In this document: positions 39,044 to 50,221 of the stretch, one piece after another
How the letters are laid out: every line of letters begins with the position of its first letter
Position numbering within the stretch: position 1 is the stretch's first letter
Source of the DNA: Oculina patagonica
Taxonomy: Eukaryota
NCBI RefSeq assembly: GCF_052425735.1
Contig: NC_135760.1
Location: forward strand, 14,322,001-14,386,000
Reading direction: 5' to 3'
DNA: 64,000 nt
Program-made: the position numbers and the translations under genes
The notes under the pieces: generated by a model
The model's input: the letters and a program-made list of their open reading frames with translations, nothing else
Databases searched by the model: none
Told to the model about the DNA's origin: nothing

Positions 39044-39547
39044 TACCTTATTATAGGAAATTAACGCTTGTGTTAATTAAGGTATTGGAAATTAACGCGA
39101 CTTAAATTAACGCGAATTGAAGGGAAAATTACTTCCTAATAAAGAAAATTAACGCGAGAGAGGGGGTAACATTTCAAAATGAAGGAAATTAACGCGACGT
39201 ACACAACAGGAACAAGTTTATTTCAACACTTGTTGGCGTATAATCTTAAACGAAAACAATGTTCGTGGTACTTTTCCCACTTCGAGCGTTCTTCGCAGTA
39301 TCAGTGATAGCGGCAGATGTCCACCCTGATAAAATAAATTATAATGATTTTTTCTTTGAGTCAAGAACGTCTGGACTGTAACGAAAAATTGGGGCTAAAT
39401 AATGGAAATTAAGGTCATGGAAATTAACGTTCCACTTAATTAACGGTGCGGAAATTAACGTTAACAAAAATTAACGCGACTTAAATTAACGCGAATTTTT
39501 GAAATTCGCGTTAATTTCATGACGCGTTAATTTCCTATAATAAGGTA
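39044..39547. mobile_element. TA-flanked MITE with AAATTAACGCG internal repeats
   Basis: TIR TACCTTATTATAGGAAATTAACGC ... GCGTTAATTTCCTATAATAAGGTA. Confidence 0.85.
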
Positions 39548-41760
39548 GGCGAATCGAAACAAAGAGCTTTTCAAGACAAGTTTAAGGCACACGGATTAAA
39601 AATGTTTAGAACCATTATAAACTCTCGAGGTTCAGGATGAGATCAGACAAGTAAGATTACTTCATCAAGGATGAATTAACTTGCAATTTTATGGAATAAA
39701 GAAATGGTTTTCATTACAATTGTTTGTTCGGTTTCTTTGGCGCAAAGTTTCAGATCAATGCATACAATCGCCTCGCCTGTGGCTGGTCGTATCCATTCTA
39801 AAGACTGGAATCGACTATACTTAATTCATGAAAAAGCCTTACAATTTTGACCTTGTGATACAAGAGGCTTCAGATACTTTTAATGCATGTTATGAACACA
39901 CTTTACCTTGTAGCTACGTCAAAGGACAACACAAAATGGAAAAATTGGCAAACTTTTTCAAGTTTGGCGTTTCTAATCCGTCTTAATCTTCGTCAGTCGA
40001 AACCGTTTTCAATTATTTTGGTTTTCTTATTACTCCGGTGTTATTACTCCGGTGTACACCAGAAAGCTATTTTTTTTAGGTTTCCTTGAATTTGAAAGTA
40101 ATCAGAAGAAATGGTAAAAATATTGTGACATTGCTCTTTTAATTAACACTCAATTAGCTTTCAGTTTACGGTTCGAGTTTCGCTTCTGAATACAAAGACC
40201 ATCAAAATATGCTTTTCCCAAGGGTTATTATCGGAGTGAAAAATTCACATTCAAACCTCGCAGCAGCTCATCTTATATTCGTTTTTTACAGATTTAAGAA
40301 AACTTTCTTTCTTTCGAACGGTCCGAACGAGTTTGATATGTTTCCATGTTTATTAGAATTTAAGTTCTTAGATGTACTTATTTCAGTTAAAGAGTAAAAA
40401 GCGACAAACAAATTAAAACAAGCGCTTTTAACTCGTAGATTACAATTGGGCCTAAAATAAGCTGATCATGTCGATTTTTTTCTGTCCTGATTAAACAAAT
40501 CTTCTCATACCTTTAAAAATGTGCTGTGTTCCCTTTTCTTCAAGCGTAAAGTAACCCACACATCAAAAAATTCCAAAACCTCTCACTTGTGCGAATACCT
40601 CTATATCGCTTTGGGGTACTGTATATTCTGTTATTTTTTCGTTGAAGGACAACCATTCATAGTATAAACTGAAAGAATCTCAACTCGCGATTTTGAAAGA
40701 CAATTTTCGGCAGTACAGTGCGTCTACATGTATTTGAAAGTACAGTAACAAAGCTTTTGTTTAAACTCGCAAACACGGTTTCTCAAAGAACGTCAAACAA
40801 TAAGACGGTAAATATATTCAGATGCGCTTCAATGATTTGGCACAAGTTTAATAGATTAAACGTTCTAGGGTGGAAATTATGCTATTTATTTTCAAAAAAC
40901 ATTATACGATATTTTGCCCCTCAATTAGTGACTGGACAATCACAACACACTCGCATTCTCACCTTCAAATGATCTTTTATTTGTGTGAATGACTCTTAGA
41001 GAAATACTTTCCGCTTCCTATGTTAAAAATTAAGTACATTTCCAGGACATTACATGTAAGGACTTTTCCAGAACCATAAGTACTAGCAGGACAATTTTTC
41101 TTTTTTTTTAGCGTCGGTGATGACAGAAGCGACGCGCGCGGCACACATTTGCGCATGGGGTGTTTCGACTAAAACAAATGACGTAATATCACGGATAAGA
41201 CTCTTATGTTGGTCTGTTGTGGAACGCAGCGCTTATTAAATTTTTTCGCGTTTCAAATGCAACGCTTATTCGAGGGCGGCGTTTATTAAAAAGTTGGACG
41301 CGCGGTAAAGAAATCTTTTCTTTAATTTAAAAACGAAGAAAACGCTGAGAACAGGCTACTTATACAAGTAACTGGAAAAAGGAAGAGAGAAGTTGGGCGT
41401 GTAATGTCGCCAAAGCTCAGGGCCTTCACAACAAATATAATCATTTTGAATTGAAGAACATCGCTTTTGATGTTAAGAAATTTCCAATGTTGTTTAAGAG
41501 TACGGAATTCCTCGAATAAGCGTCGCATCGGGTCTGCGGCGCTTCGAGTTCTTGTCTCCTGGTTCTTTGAGCTAATCTTATCGGTTACGAAGGCGAGCCA
41601 ACATCTGATGCCGGATCAAATTCAAATGGAACTCATTTTTGCTAGCTCTTAGTTGTCTCGCTTTTTTGTTATCGGGAGCCGGGCCGAATATTGACGAACT
41701 CGACTCTTTTCACAAGGCAACGATAAGACGTTGCTATAAACAGATTAATATACAGTACTT

Positions 41761-41833
41761 GCCCGGCTAGCTCAGTCGGTAGAGCATGAGACTCTTAATC
41801 TCAGGGTCGTGGGTTCGAGCCCCACGTTGGGCG
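41761..41833 (+). tRNA. tRNA-Lys(CTT)
   Basis: Canonical sequence with downstream T-run. Confidence 0.97.
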
Positions 41834-42135
41834 CATTTACCTACTTTTTTCCACAAGCTACTTTTCTTTTATGAGGCTCGTTTAATCCTTTCACTGCTGA
41901 ATTGTGTCAAAAAGCGCGTTTTTAACCGATAAACTGTTTTTTGTTGATGTTGGTACAATGCAAAATTTTCCTTAACGTTGCTAAGCAGTTTTTTACACTG
42001 CAGCAAGATTTTGATGAAGATTCCATGTAAAAATGTACAATACAGAGGAACCTCGATTTAACGAACCTCGATATACTCGCCTAACTTGGGCTTTGCGAAT
42101 ATTGCATAGCATTGCTGACCATTGCTGTCAATAAA

Positions 42136-42229
42136 CAACCTTATCCCCAGGTATTCTCGGCGAGGAGTTTTTAAAATAGCGGTCTCGTCGTGCATCTTGA
42201 TAGCGGAGTAGACCCTGGCAACGAGGTTG
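42136..42229. mobile_element. Mini element with 9-bp TSD
   Basis: CAACCTTATCCCCAGG ... CCTGGCAACGAGGTTG; TSD GTCAATAAA. Confidence 0.7.
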
Positions 42230-42484
42230 GTCAATAAAATCAGAAGTCTACTTCATCATGAAATTTAAAGCCAAAATGTTATTTTTTTACGTAGGTTTTC
42301 TGGACCTATCTGGTATCGTATTTTTACAAATAGCATCTAGTTAGAGTGTGTCAGCGGTAGAAAACCGTAGCCTTTAATAAAAGGTTTTTGACGCTTTTCC
42401 GATCAGTTCCACACTGAGACAGTGCCTGAAATGGATCGGAGATATATTTAAGTGCCATTGCTGTTCCAGCAATTGTAACAACGC

Positions 42485-42557
42485 GCCCGGCTAGCTCAGT
42501 CGGTAGAGCATGAGACTCTTAATCTCAGGGTCGTGGGTTCGAGCCCCACGTTGGGCG
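42485..42557 (+). tRNA. tRNA-Lys(CTT)
   Basis: Canonical sequence. Confidence 0.97.
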
Positions 42558-42966
42558 ATAGCATCTCTTTTGTAACTGACGAACAAAACTTCCGGTTGGT
42601 TTCCACGAATAATCAAAATGACAGCACCCAAGCACCTCTTTCAAATATTGCAAAAATCACATTTTCCCTATAGAGCCCAACTCATTCTCCTCTTCCTAAG
42701 TTGGTTAACTCAACACGACAACAGCAAATCCATTTACAACAATAGCAACAAATACGGGACGCAATGCCGTAATCCACTCCAGATTTGAAGAAAAGGCACC
42801 AACAAAACTACTATCGTTTTGCCGGCAGGCAGAAACTATAGAATAAAGGCGACCTCTAGAAGCGAGACGACGAGCAAACCCACCCCTTTTCATGTGGCAG
42901 TCTCCCCCCCCCCCCCCCCCCGGGTAGTGTTTATATAGTAGTCGCGTGCCAGAAGGAGACCTGGTG

Positions 42967-43484
42967 GAGGGTCTGAATGGGGTTTAGTGTTAAGTGTTAT
43001 TTGCCCATATTTTTTCGTGTTTGCTGTTAAATTGGCCAATTTTTTAATGTTTACTGTTTCTGGAGAAAATACTGTTAAGTGTTTTGAGGGTTTATAGTGA
43101 AAAATTTTAGCATTGTAAATTCTTATCTGCTCTTCAAAACTCGAATAAAATCACTCTTGAACTTAGAGAAAATTTTCGGATTTCTCCTCGGACATCTTCG
43201 GGGGTCTTCGGAAATCTTTGGCAGTCTTTGGGAATACTCGGTAGTCTTCGTAAATCTTCCGAACTAATCCAAAATCGTCGGAAAATTACCGAAAACTTTT
43301 TCATATACTGAACAAAATAATATTGGCCTTTTTGGAGCCGTTTTTGTTCCTTTTTGGATAAAATTTACTGTTACAGTGAATTTTTTATTGTTAGTGTTAA
43401 AATGCCTAAAATTTTACTGTTTCATGTTACAGAGCCAAAAAATTAAGTGTTTAGTGTTATCGAGGTATTCCCATTCAGACCCTC
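42967..43484. mobile_element. MITE, TIR GAGGGTCTGAATGGG
   Basis: Perfect TIR with CTGGTG duplicated on both flanks. Confidence 0.8.
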
Positions 43485-46400
43485 CTGGTGGTCACCTCGA
43501 TAGTGAACACTGTTGAACGATTAAACAGAGATATGCAGCAGTTATGAACAGTTGCTGTTGTAAAAGTCTCTCAAAACCGAAAAGATATTTTCACAAATCC
43601 TGGCTATTCCAAACAACCTATGAACCAACCAGTATTTAATATTGTGCTTACTTCCTGTAAAAGGAAATCGTGATTTTGTTACCGGAACTCTCACGAACTT
43701 TTTCCTTGGTAATTAACCTATGCCTAGTTAACCTTGGTAACTAACCTATGCCTAGTTAACCAGTATTTAATGTTATACAAACTTCCTATAAAAGAAAATC
43801 GTAATTTCATTACAGGAACTCTGAGAACTTTTTTCTTGTGCCAAGTTTGCGACTTTATGCCTGTTTTTTTTTTCCCATCATTGCAACCTTGATACAAATA
43901 TGATATTATGGTAATAAACGTTAAATATTTCGAAGACACAAACGTTGCATTTCAATCCAGCCAGTGAAGTGACACATCGTGCTAACACAAGACAAACTTA
44001 GAACAAACTCACTTTTTCTGTACTGTAGACTGAGAGTTGTTTATACAACTTTTTAGTAGAACGGCTGATGTTACGAACGAACGTTACGATAAGCAATTTG
44101 ATTAACAAACATCTCGCTTAAAATGTAAAACATTTAGGAGTGTCTGACTCATACCGAACAAATCGAACAAATGTACTGCAGCTGAGCCTGTTTATTTTGT
44201 AGGAGCTACAATGAATCCAAAAAACAACTTTGCGTCGACTTTTGCCTGACACATTCAGTCTTCAAACGTTAAAATTAAAAAGGTTTACACAAATACTAAA
44301 ACACATGATGAGCCAGCGAGTTAAGCTCGTCGACACTTTAAAATCTTTTAAAACAAACAAAAACTTACCTAAATGCTGAAAACAAGCCAGGAGCTATACA
44401 ATAATTCTCAGGCCATCCCTGCGGAGTAAATTTCATGTATTTCTAAAGGTAAGAGATTTTCGCAAGACAGAACTGTAAAGGCGAGGTTATAGCTCGTCCA
44501 AGATCCTGTCGCTTTAATCGTTGAAAAGTAAACGAATAAGTTTTTTTGAATATTTAAATTACGGTCAAATGTCTGAAAGTGTTATGTTTGAACGGTTTGA
44601 CGTAATCAATTTGTTTTCAAACATGTAACAACCGATCTTTGAAAAGAAAGTCTTCAAAAGAAAGTTTTCAAGAGTTGAGGTTGTTTTAACAAAAGGCGTC
44701 AGTAGATAGCTTTTCCGCATTAGTCCGTCTCCTTTATTAACTTTATGACTTTTAGCACTTTCATGTCTGTATCTTATTGACAAGACGTCAGGATTGAGAC
44801 GCACGAGTTTAATTACATTCCTTTGTAACTACATGTTGCATTGAACAGCAAAGCAGAGCCTTCTACAATTTTGCTCAGCAGTTAGTTCGGGTGCTTAGCT
44901 CATTTCCCAGCCTGCGCATCGCCTCACGTCAGCTACACAAGCTGCTATTTGTATTTTTTGAATTGTATCATTTTCACATTGTTTAGGTTTGTTACAATCA
45001 CTTTTTAAAGAAAGTAAAAAAAAAAAAACAGGAATGATAGAAACGAACGGAGTAAGGTTTATTAAAATCTTAGGGAGGGTAGGTTCTCCAGACAGGGTCG
45101 GCCAGGGTTTTAGGTTTACAGTATCAGTACAGGGTGAATTTAAATTGGGTATTCAGTATTTACGCTAAAATTGGGCCTTTTATGGGTATAAAGTATACTG
45201 TGTTTTTCAGTTTCAAATTTTAGTATTTCGCATGATTTTGAGGAGACATTTTGGGTATACTGGGTACATGCTTTTCAGGTATATTGATATACCCCCATTC
45301 CTCCTGGTCGACCCAGTCCAGTGTGAGTCGCTCTTTTGGATCACGTGACAGTAAGGGGGGCGGCAGCCGTTTCATCTCCAAAGGGAGAAAACTTTGATTT
45401 CACTAATGATCGACGAACGTATGATTTTCATCTTTACCCCTTTTTATACACTCAACGGAGTCTTCCGACATCAAGCTCGACATTTGTTCTCCATCAAACT
45501 TCCTTTCTGTTGAAGAGTCGTAATTGCAACAGGACTACTTAAACAGGTGTCCGCTTATGGGAGGTTGAAAATGTGGGACTGTGGTGGCTTGAGCCGAGAT
45601 CCAGTGCCCGCTTCCGCGAAGTTTTCATTTTATATTTGGGTCACTTCTTGATTTTTGAGTTTAGTGCACAAGTGAAATTCATTTAAAAAGAGGAGTGGAA
45701 AGCCAATTGACGCTAGCCAATGACTAAAAGTTAACCCTGCTTTTATTTCTTTCAGTTGGCATCCAAATTTTTACTGGATTATTATTTTTATTTATTTATT
45801 GGAAGTTAATCCAGCTTTGAACAGCCAATATGATCCAAATGTTAACCCATAGGCTGCTAAAAGCAATTTCTTCTGATTACAAGGCCTCTACTGTAGAGTT
45901 GGGGCCTAACTGTATTTTGGAGTACATGTTCTGACCATTAATCTTTGCTTGATTGCGCTGTTTCAAATCACCATACCATGTCTATAGTGTTTGATTCTTT
46001 TGTGCATCTCAAATCTTTCTCACGCAAAAACTCTGCTCCCAAGCCTAATCATTTTTTTTAACGCAAAATTCGTTGCGAAAACGAGCAAGCCGGAAATGGG
46101 ATGTTTTGTACACTTCCTGCCAACAAGGGTTTAATATTTGTCTTTGCAATTCACTAAATTTTTAAACATGACAAGCAAATATAGGAATGGAAGGAAGGGT
46201 AGAAAATGCACAGTTAAGAATCTTTTTCAGTGAGATACTGAGTTCAAAGAGAAGTAACACTTATGCTGTAAATTGTAAAACGGTACCTATTTTTTTTTAA
46301 TAAAAACACATAAAATCAAACATACCGGTATCTTAAATGAAAGTTTTACTTTTTTCCTGCAGTCTCAAGCCCAAATGGCTACATTCTTCTTACACTAGTC

Positions 46401-47054
46401 GATCTAAAACAGTGTTTTGGAGAAGAGAAGGGCTGACAAATGGTCCTTCAAAAATGCAGGTCTTGCAGAATTTTAGCCAAATTTCAGGGTTCTCGTCTTG
46501 AATTTTTTGAATTTTTCTGGGACACATTCTCACAGTCTTAATTTCCTTTTCAAGGCTAAAAGGATCTTGGGCTTGCATGAAAAATATCAGTCTCACTGTC
46601 TTGCAAAGTCTCGAATTTTCCATTTGACACTCATAAGAGAGGGGTCATGGGTCAAAACTCGACAAGGTGCAGCTACCTGACCCAACATTCAAATACTGTC
46701 AGAAGCTTGATAAAGACAAAAGTTGTAACAAAAGACTAAATTCAAAAGTAGCATAGAAAAAAGAGTATAGAACTACAAAATGTAAGGAATAAAAAAGTTA
46801 ATTACATTAATACCCTGTACAAAACAGATTTGTGGTAAAACTAATAACACATTATACTCACTAGTAATAAAACAAAGAAGCTAAAGAAACACCAAAAAGT
46901 GTTCCAAGTAATCAGTGTTGTTTCATGTCTCAGAGAAGCTTTTTATGCCACTTGCTTTACAAAAGTCTTATTTACACATGTGGTTTGATGTAGAGTACAG
47001 TATTGAACTATGGATTTGAGTCTATTTCTGTTCACTAAACCTCCGAGGTTTAAA

Positions 47055-47704
47055 CTATCTTCTTCTCTGGAAGACATTTCCTCCTCTGCCACCCCGGGGT
47101 GGACCGCCTCTTCCTCTAGCAGCAGCTACAGAAAAATCAAAAGAATGTGTTATTTTATCATTCATATCGCTGCTTGCATCTGAGCGTGAACATGTGCTGC
47201 CGAAACATGATCTAATTGGATATTGAACGTGGCATGATTGATCATCAAACATTTAAAGTTTGGCAGACCGTAATGGCAACTTTCGAGCCAAAAGATCAAC
47301 ACATTCCGGTTTTGAAATGGCGGAAAGATTGGCTATATAGACTTCTTCCGAAAAAATGATCCAGACCTGTGTCAATATGCATTTGCAGGTTCACTCGAAT
47401 CACTTCTAGTAAAAAGTTTTGCTCATACTCAGTGGTTATTGTGAGCATTTTGAGTGCGAAAGTTTGTGTAACGGTCAGCGAACGTCAAATGTTTTACAAC
47501 CAATTATGCCACGTTTAATTCCCAATTAGATCATGTTTCGGTGACACGCATAGATGCAAGGGACATTAATTTGTATGCTTTAGTATGTATGTTGTGATTG
47601 GTTGATTTTACGGTTACCCAACTTTGGGTACACTTGACTTGAATTGGGGGGTTGTTTTTTTTGTTTTCCTTTCTTCAGAGTGAGAAATATAATAAGCATA
47701 TAAT

Positions 47705-47742
<38 letters not shown>

Positions 47743-49045
47743 CTTGTTTTAGAGGATTGTACTCGTTAAGAACCGTGTTTTGTCCAGTCATTTTTGGCCT
47801 GTGTGCTTTGCGCTTGGGCTTTAGATCGACAGAGAAAAAAAGATCCACATCTGACAGTATGGCCATTAAACTTGATTAATAAGGGTGCTCATGGTACTTC
47901 TTTAGTTTCAAAATGGTACTGACTAGTTGTTTTGCCAATGGTCAGTTTGATATATTAACTGCAGCATATTGCAAATAAGTCTACCAGACTCAAACGTCAG
48001 TATTACTGACACTAAATAAATAAATCAACTCTGTTTTACTAGGGTTGCACATACACAGTCTTTTGACTGACAAACCTGTGGCCCGCGGATTCCCGATCGA
48101 ATTGGAATTTAGAAGTGTTGATTTTTCTAGAGGGAGAAAACCGAAAAACCCGGAGAAAAACCCTTGGAGCAGGGACGAGAACCAACAACAAACTCAATCC
48201 ACATATGACGCCGGGTCCAGGAATCGAACCCTGGCCACACTGGTGAGAAGCGAGCGCTCTCACCACTGGCGCTATCCCAGCTCCCCTACTAGAAGGTAAA
48301 AGCACTGAACATTTTTCATTCTTCAAGCGTTAGCAATGTGACTACGTCTGGGAACTGCCCATTGGTGAAACCACTCGTTGGCAAAAGGACCGGTAACTAT
48401 TAACACCAAATAGTTTGTTGCTATGTAGCACTTTAGATTGTAGTCATTATAAACAAAGTTTTCAAAAAGTGCTTATGTTCCTAACTCAAATGGTTGCTTT
48501 TTAACCACCATTTTCAGCTAGTGAAGGGGTTCCCCCCAAAAGAGGCCGTCTAATTTAAGAGCATAAGCACTTTTTAAAAAACTTTGCTTACCATAACCTC
48601 TAAAACTATATTGTTGTAGTTCTACTTTACCACTGACAGTCCCTGACTCCTGTCATTCGTAGCCCTTTGTAGCAATGAATAACACAGAGAGCTATTACTG
48701 TTAGAGAGGCTCTACTATACCTTGTGCTCTTAAAATAGCAGATTTGCCTCTTCCCGCTGCTCCACTGCCTCCAGAACCCTTCTGTGTCATTTTCTTGAAC
48801 ATTGGAGCATTTTTCAACATGTCTGGAAGAATCAGAAAGCGAATCTTGCTACCACGAATAAACACTTGTTCCAGCTGTGAAACTCTGCCATCTCTTGCGG
48901 TAACCGTGATGTTTGACATTTGACAATTCATGTTGTCCTCGGCTTCGACGAGCTTTCCTCTGTATACTTCGCCAGTCATAGTTTCTAGCGTGACAATATG
49001 TCCTTCGGCCTCGTGTAGAATCTTTATAGGCACACCTATCGACAT
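47055..49045 (-). CDS. SNRPD3: Small nuclear ribonucleoprotein Sm D3. Exons 48721-49045, 47055-47125
   Basis: [22 protein letters not shown]...[22 protein letters not shown]...[11 protein letters not shown], plus RG-rich tail ..[10 protein letters not shown]. Confidence 0.97.
47174..47560. mobile_element. MITE in SNRPD3 intron
   Basis: TTGCATCT..CCGAAACATGATCTAATTGG / CCAATTAGATCATGTTTCGG..AGATGCAA inverted ends. Confidence 0.6.
48050..48288 (-). mobile_element. tRNA-derived V-domain-like SINE
   Basis: tRNA head (CAGTGGTGAGAGCG..GGTTCGATTCC) plus GGGTTTTTCTCCGGGTTTTTCGGTTTTCTCCC V-like core. Confidence 0.65.
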
Positions 49046-50221
49046 TTTTGGTTAGTATAAATATCCGTTCTTCTTTACAACTAACTTGCAGTCAAGATAA
49101 AGCTCTCAAAAAGCGTAGATGGATTGGATTCTAGAAGGCTTTCCAACAAACATCGACAACCTCGTTTTTCCAAAGCGACGTTTGGAAACGTTACCGTCCG
49201 AGGAGGATTGGGAGTGAATATCGGTTCTCCAGCTTAGTGGCCGAGCCTTGTAGCAGATAGGCAAAAATATCAACGAAGATTGAAACAACTTTGTCTAAAC
49301 ACCCGAAATGATCATACTAAGTCAGTTGCATGGTGATAAAATGCACAAATATATCTTAATTGAAGAACACTGCTAACATTTAAAAGCAGAAAAGTGTGGA
49401 CGCCGAAAATCGAAACTCTTAAATGCCAGGGTGGTGCAAGATCAACATGGCCAATAAACGAAAGATGAAAGGGAAAAAGCTCAAGGTATATAATATGCAA
49501 TCAACTTGTATATTTGGACATCTACATATAAAAGTTTCTATTATACTGTAGCAGGAACTTTGCTAACTATGCTTAACTATTTTGAGTCGCCCCAGAATAT
49601 GTGGGATTGTTAAACCCTACCCTTGCTAGATTTGTTAATTAAATAGAGTATTAGTCACCACTCTTCACATAAAAAATTATATGCATCATCTGAAAGCTGT
49701 TCGGCACTACACTCTTAGAAAGAATCAGCTTTATAACAAAAAGGAAATAGGTTTAAAGTATTAGAAATTAAGTCAGCCAACACGAGAATTCCTGAAATTT
49801 TACAGTAAAATACCACCTCACAAATTTGTCATCATATTTTGTTCACTTTTCAATAAGCTCATTATTATTTCTATACTTTTTTGCTATTTAAAAAATGTGC
49901 ACTGTGTATAAAAATGAGGTTTCATCTTTTTTTTATTTTTATTTTTTTAAGATATCCTTTTCAGTCACTCCAATAATTGCGTGACATTTGTGTCAAAGCA
50001 AGCTGTGGACGCCCATACGCTGGGGGTGGGGGTTAGGCAATATTTTGTTTGTAAACAACAAGTTCAAAACCGGACGAACTCGCTCACTTCCCGCTCTTCC
50101 GGATTAAGTGTGTTTTGGTACAACCTCGACTACTACAGTAACACCTCTCTCATAGAAGCCGGAAAACTATACAAAGGGTCGATTCAACGGGATATATGGA
50201 AGAAACGTTTATTTTCTTCAA

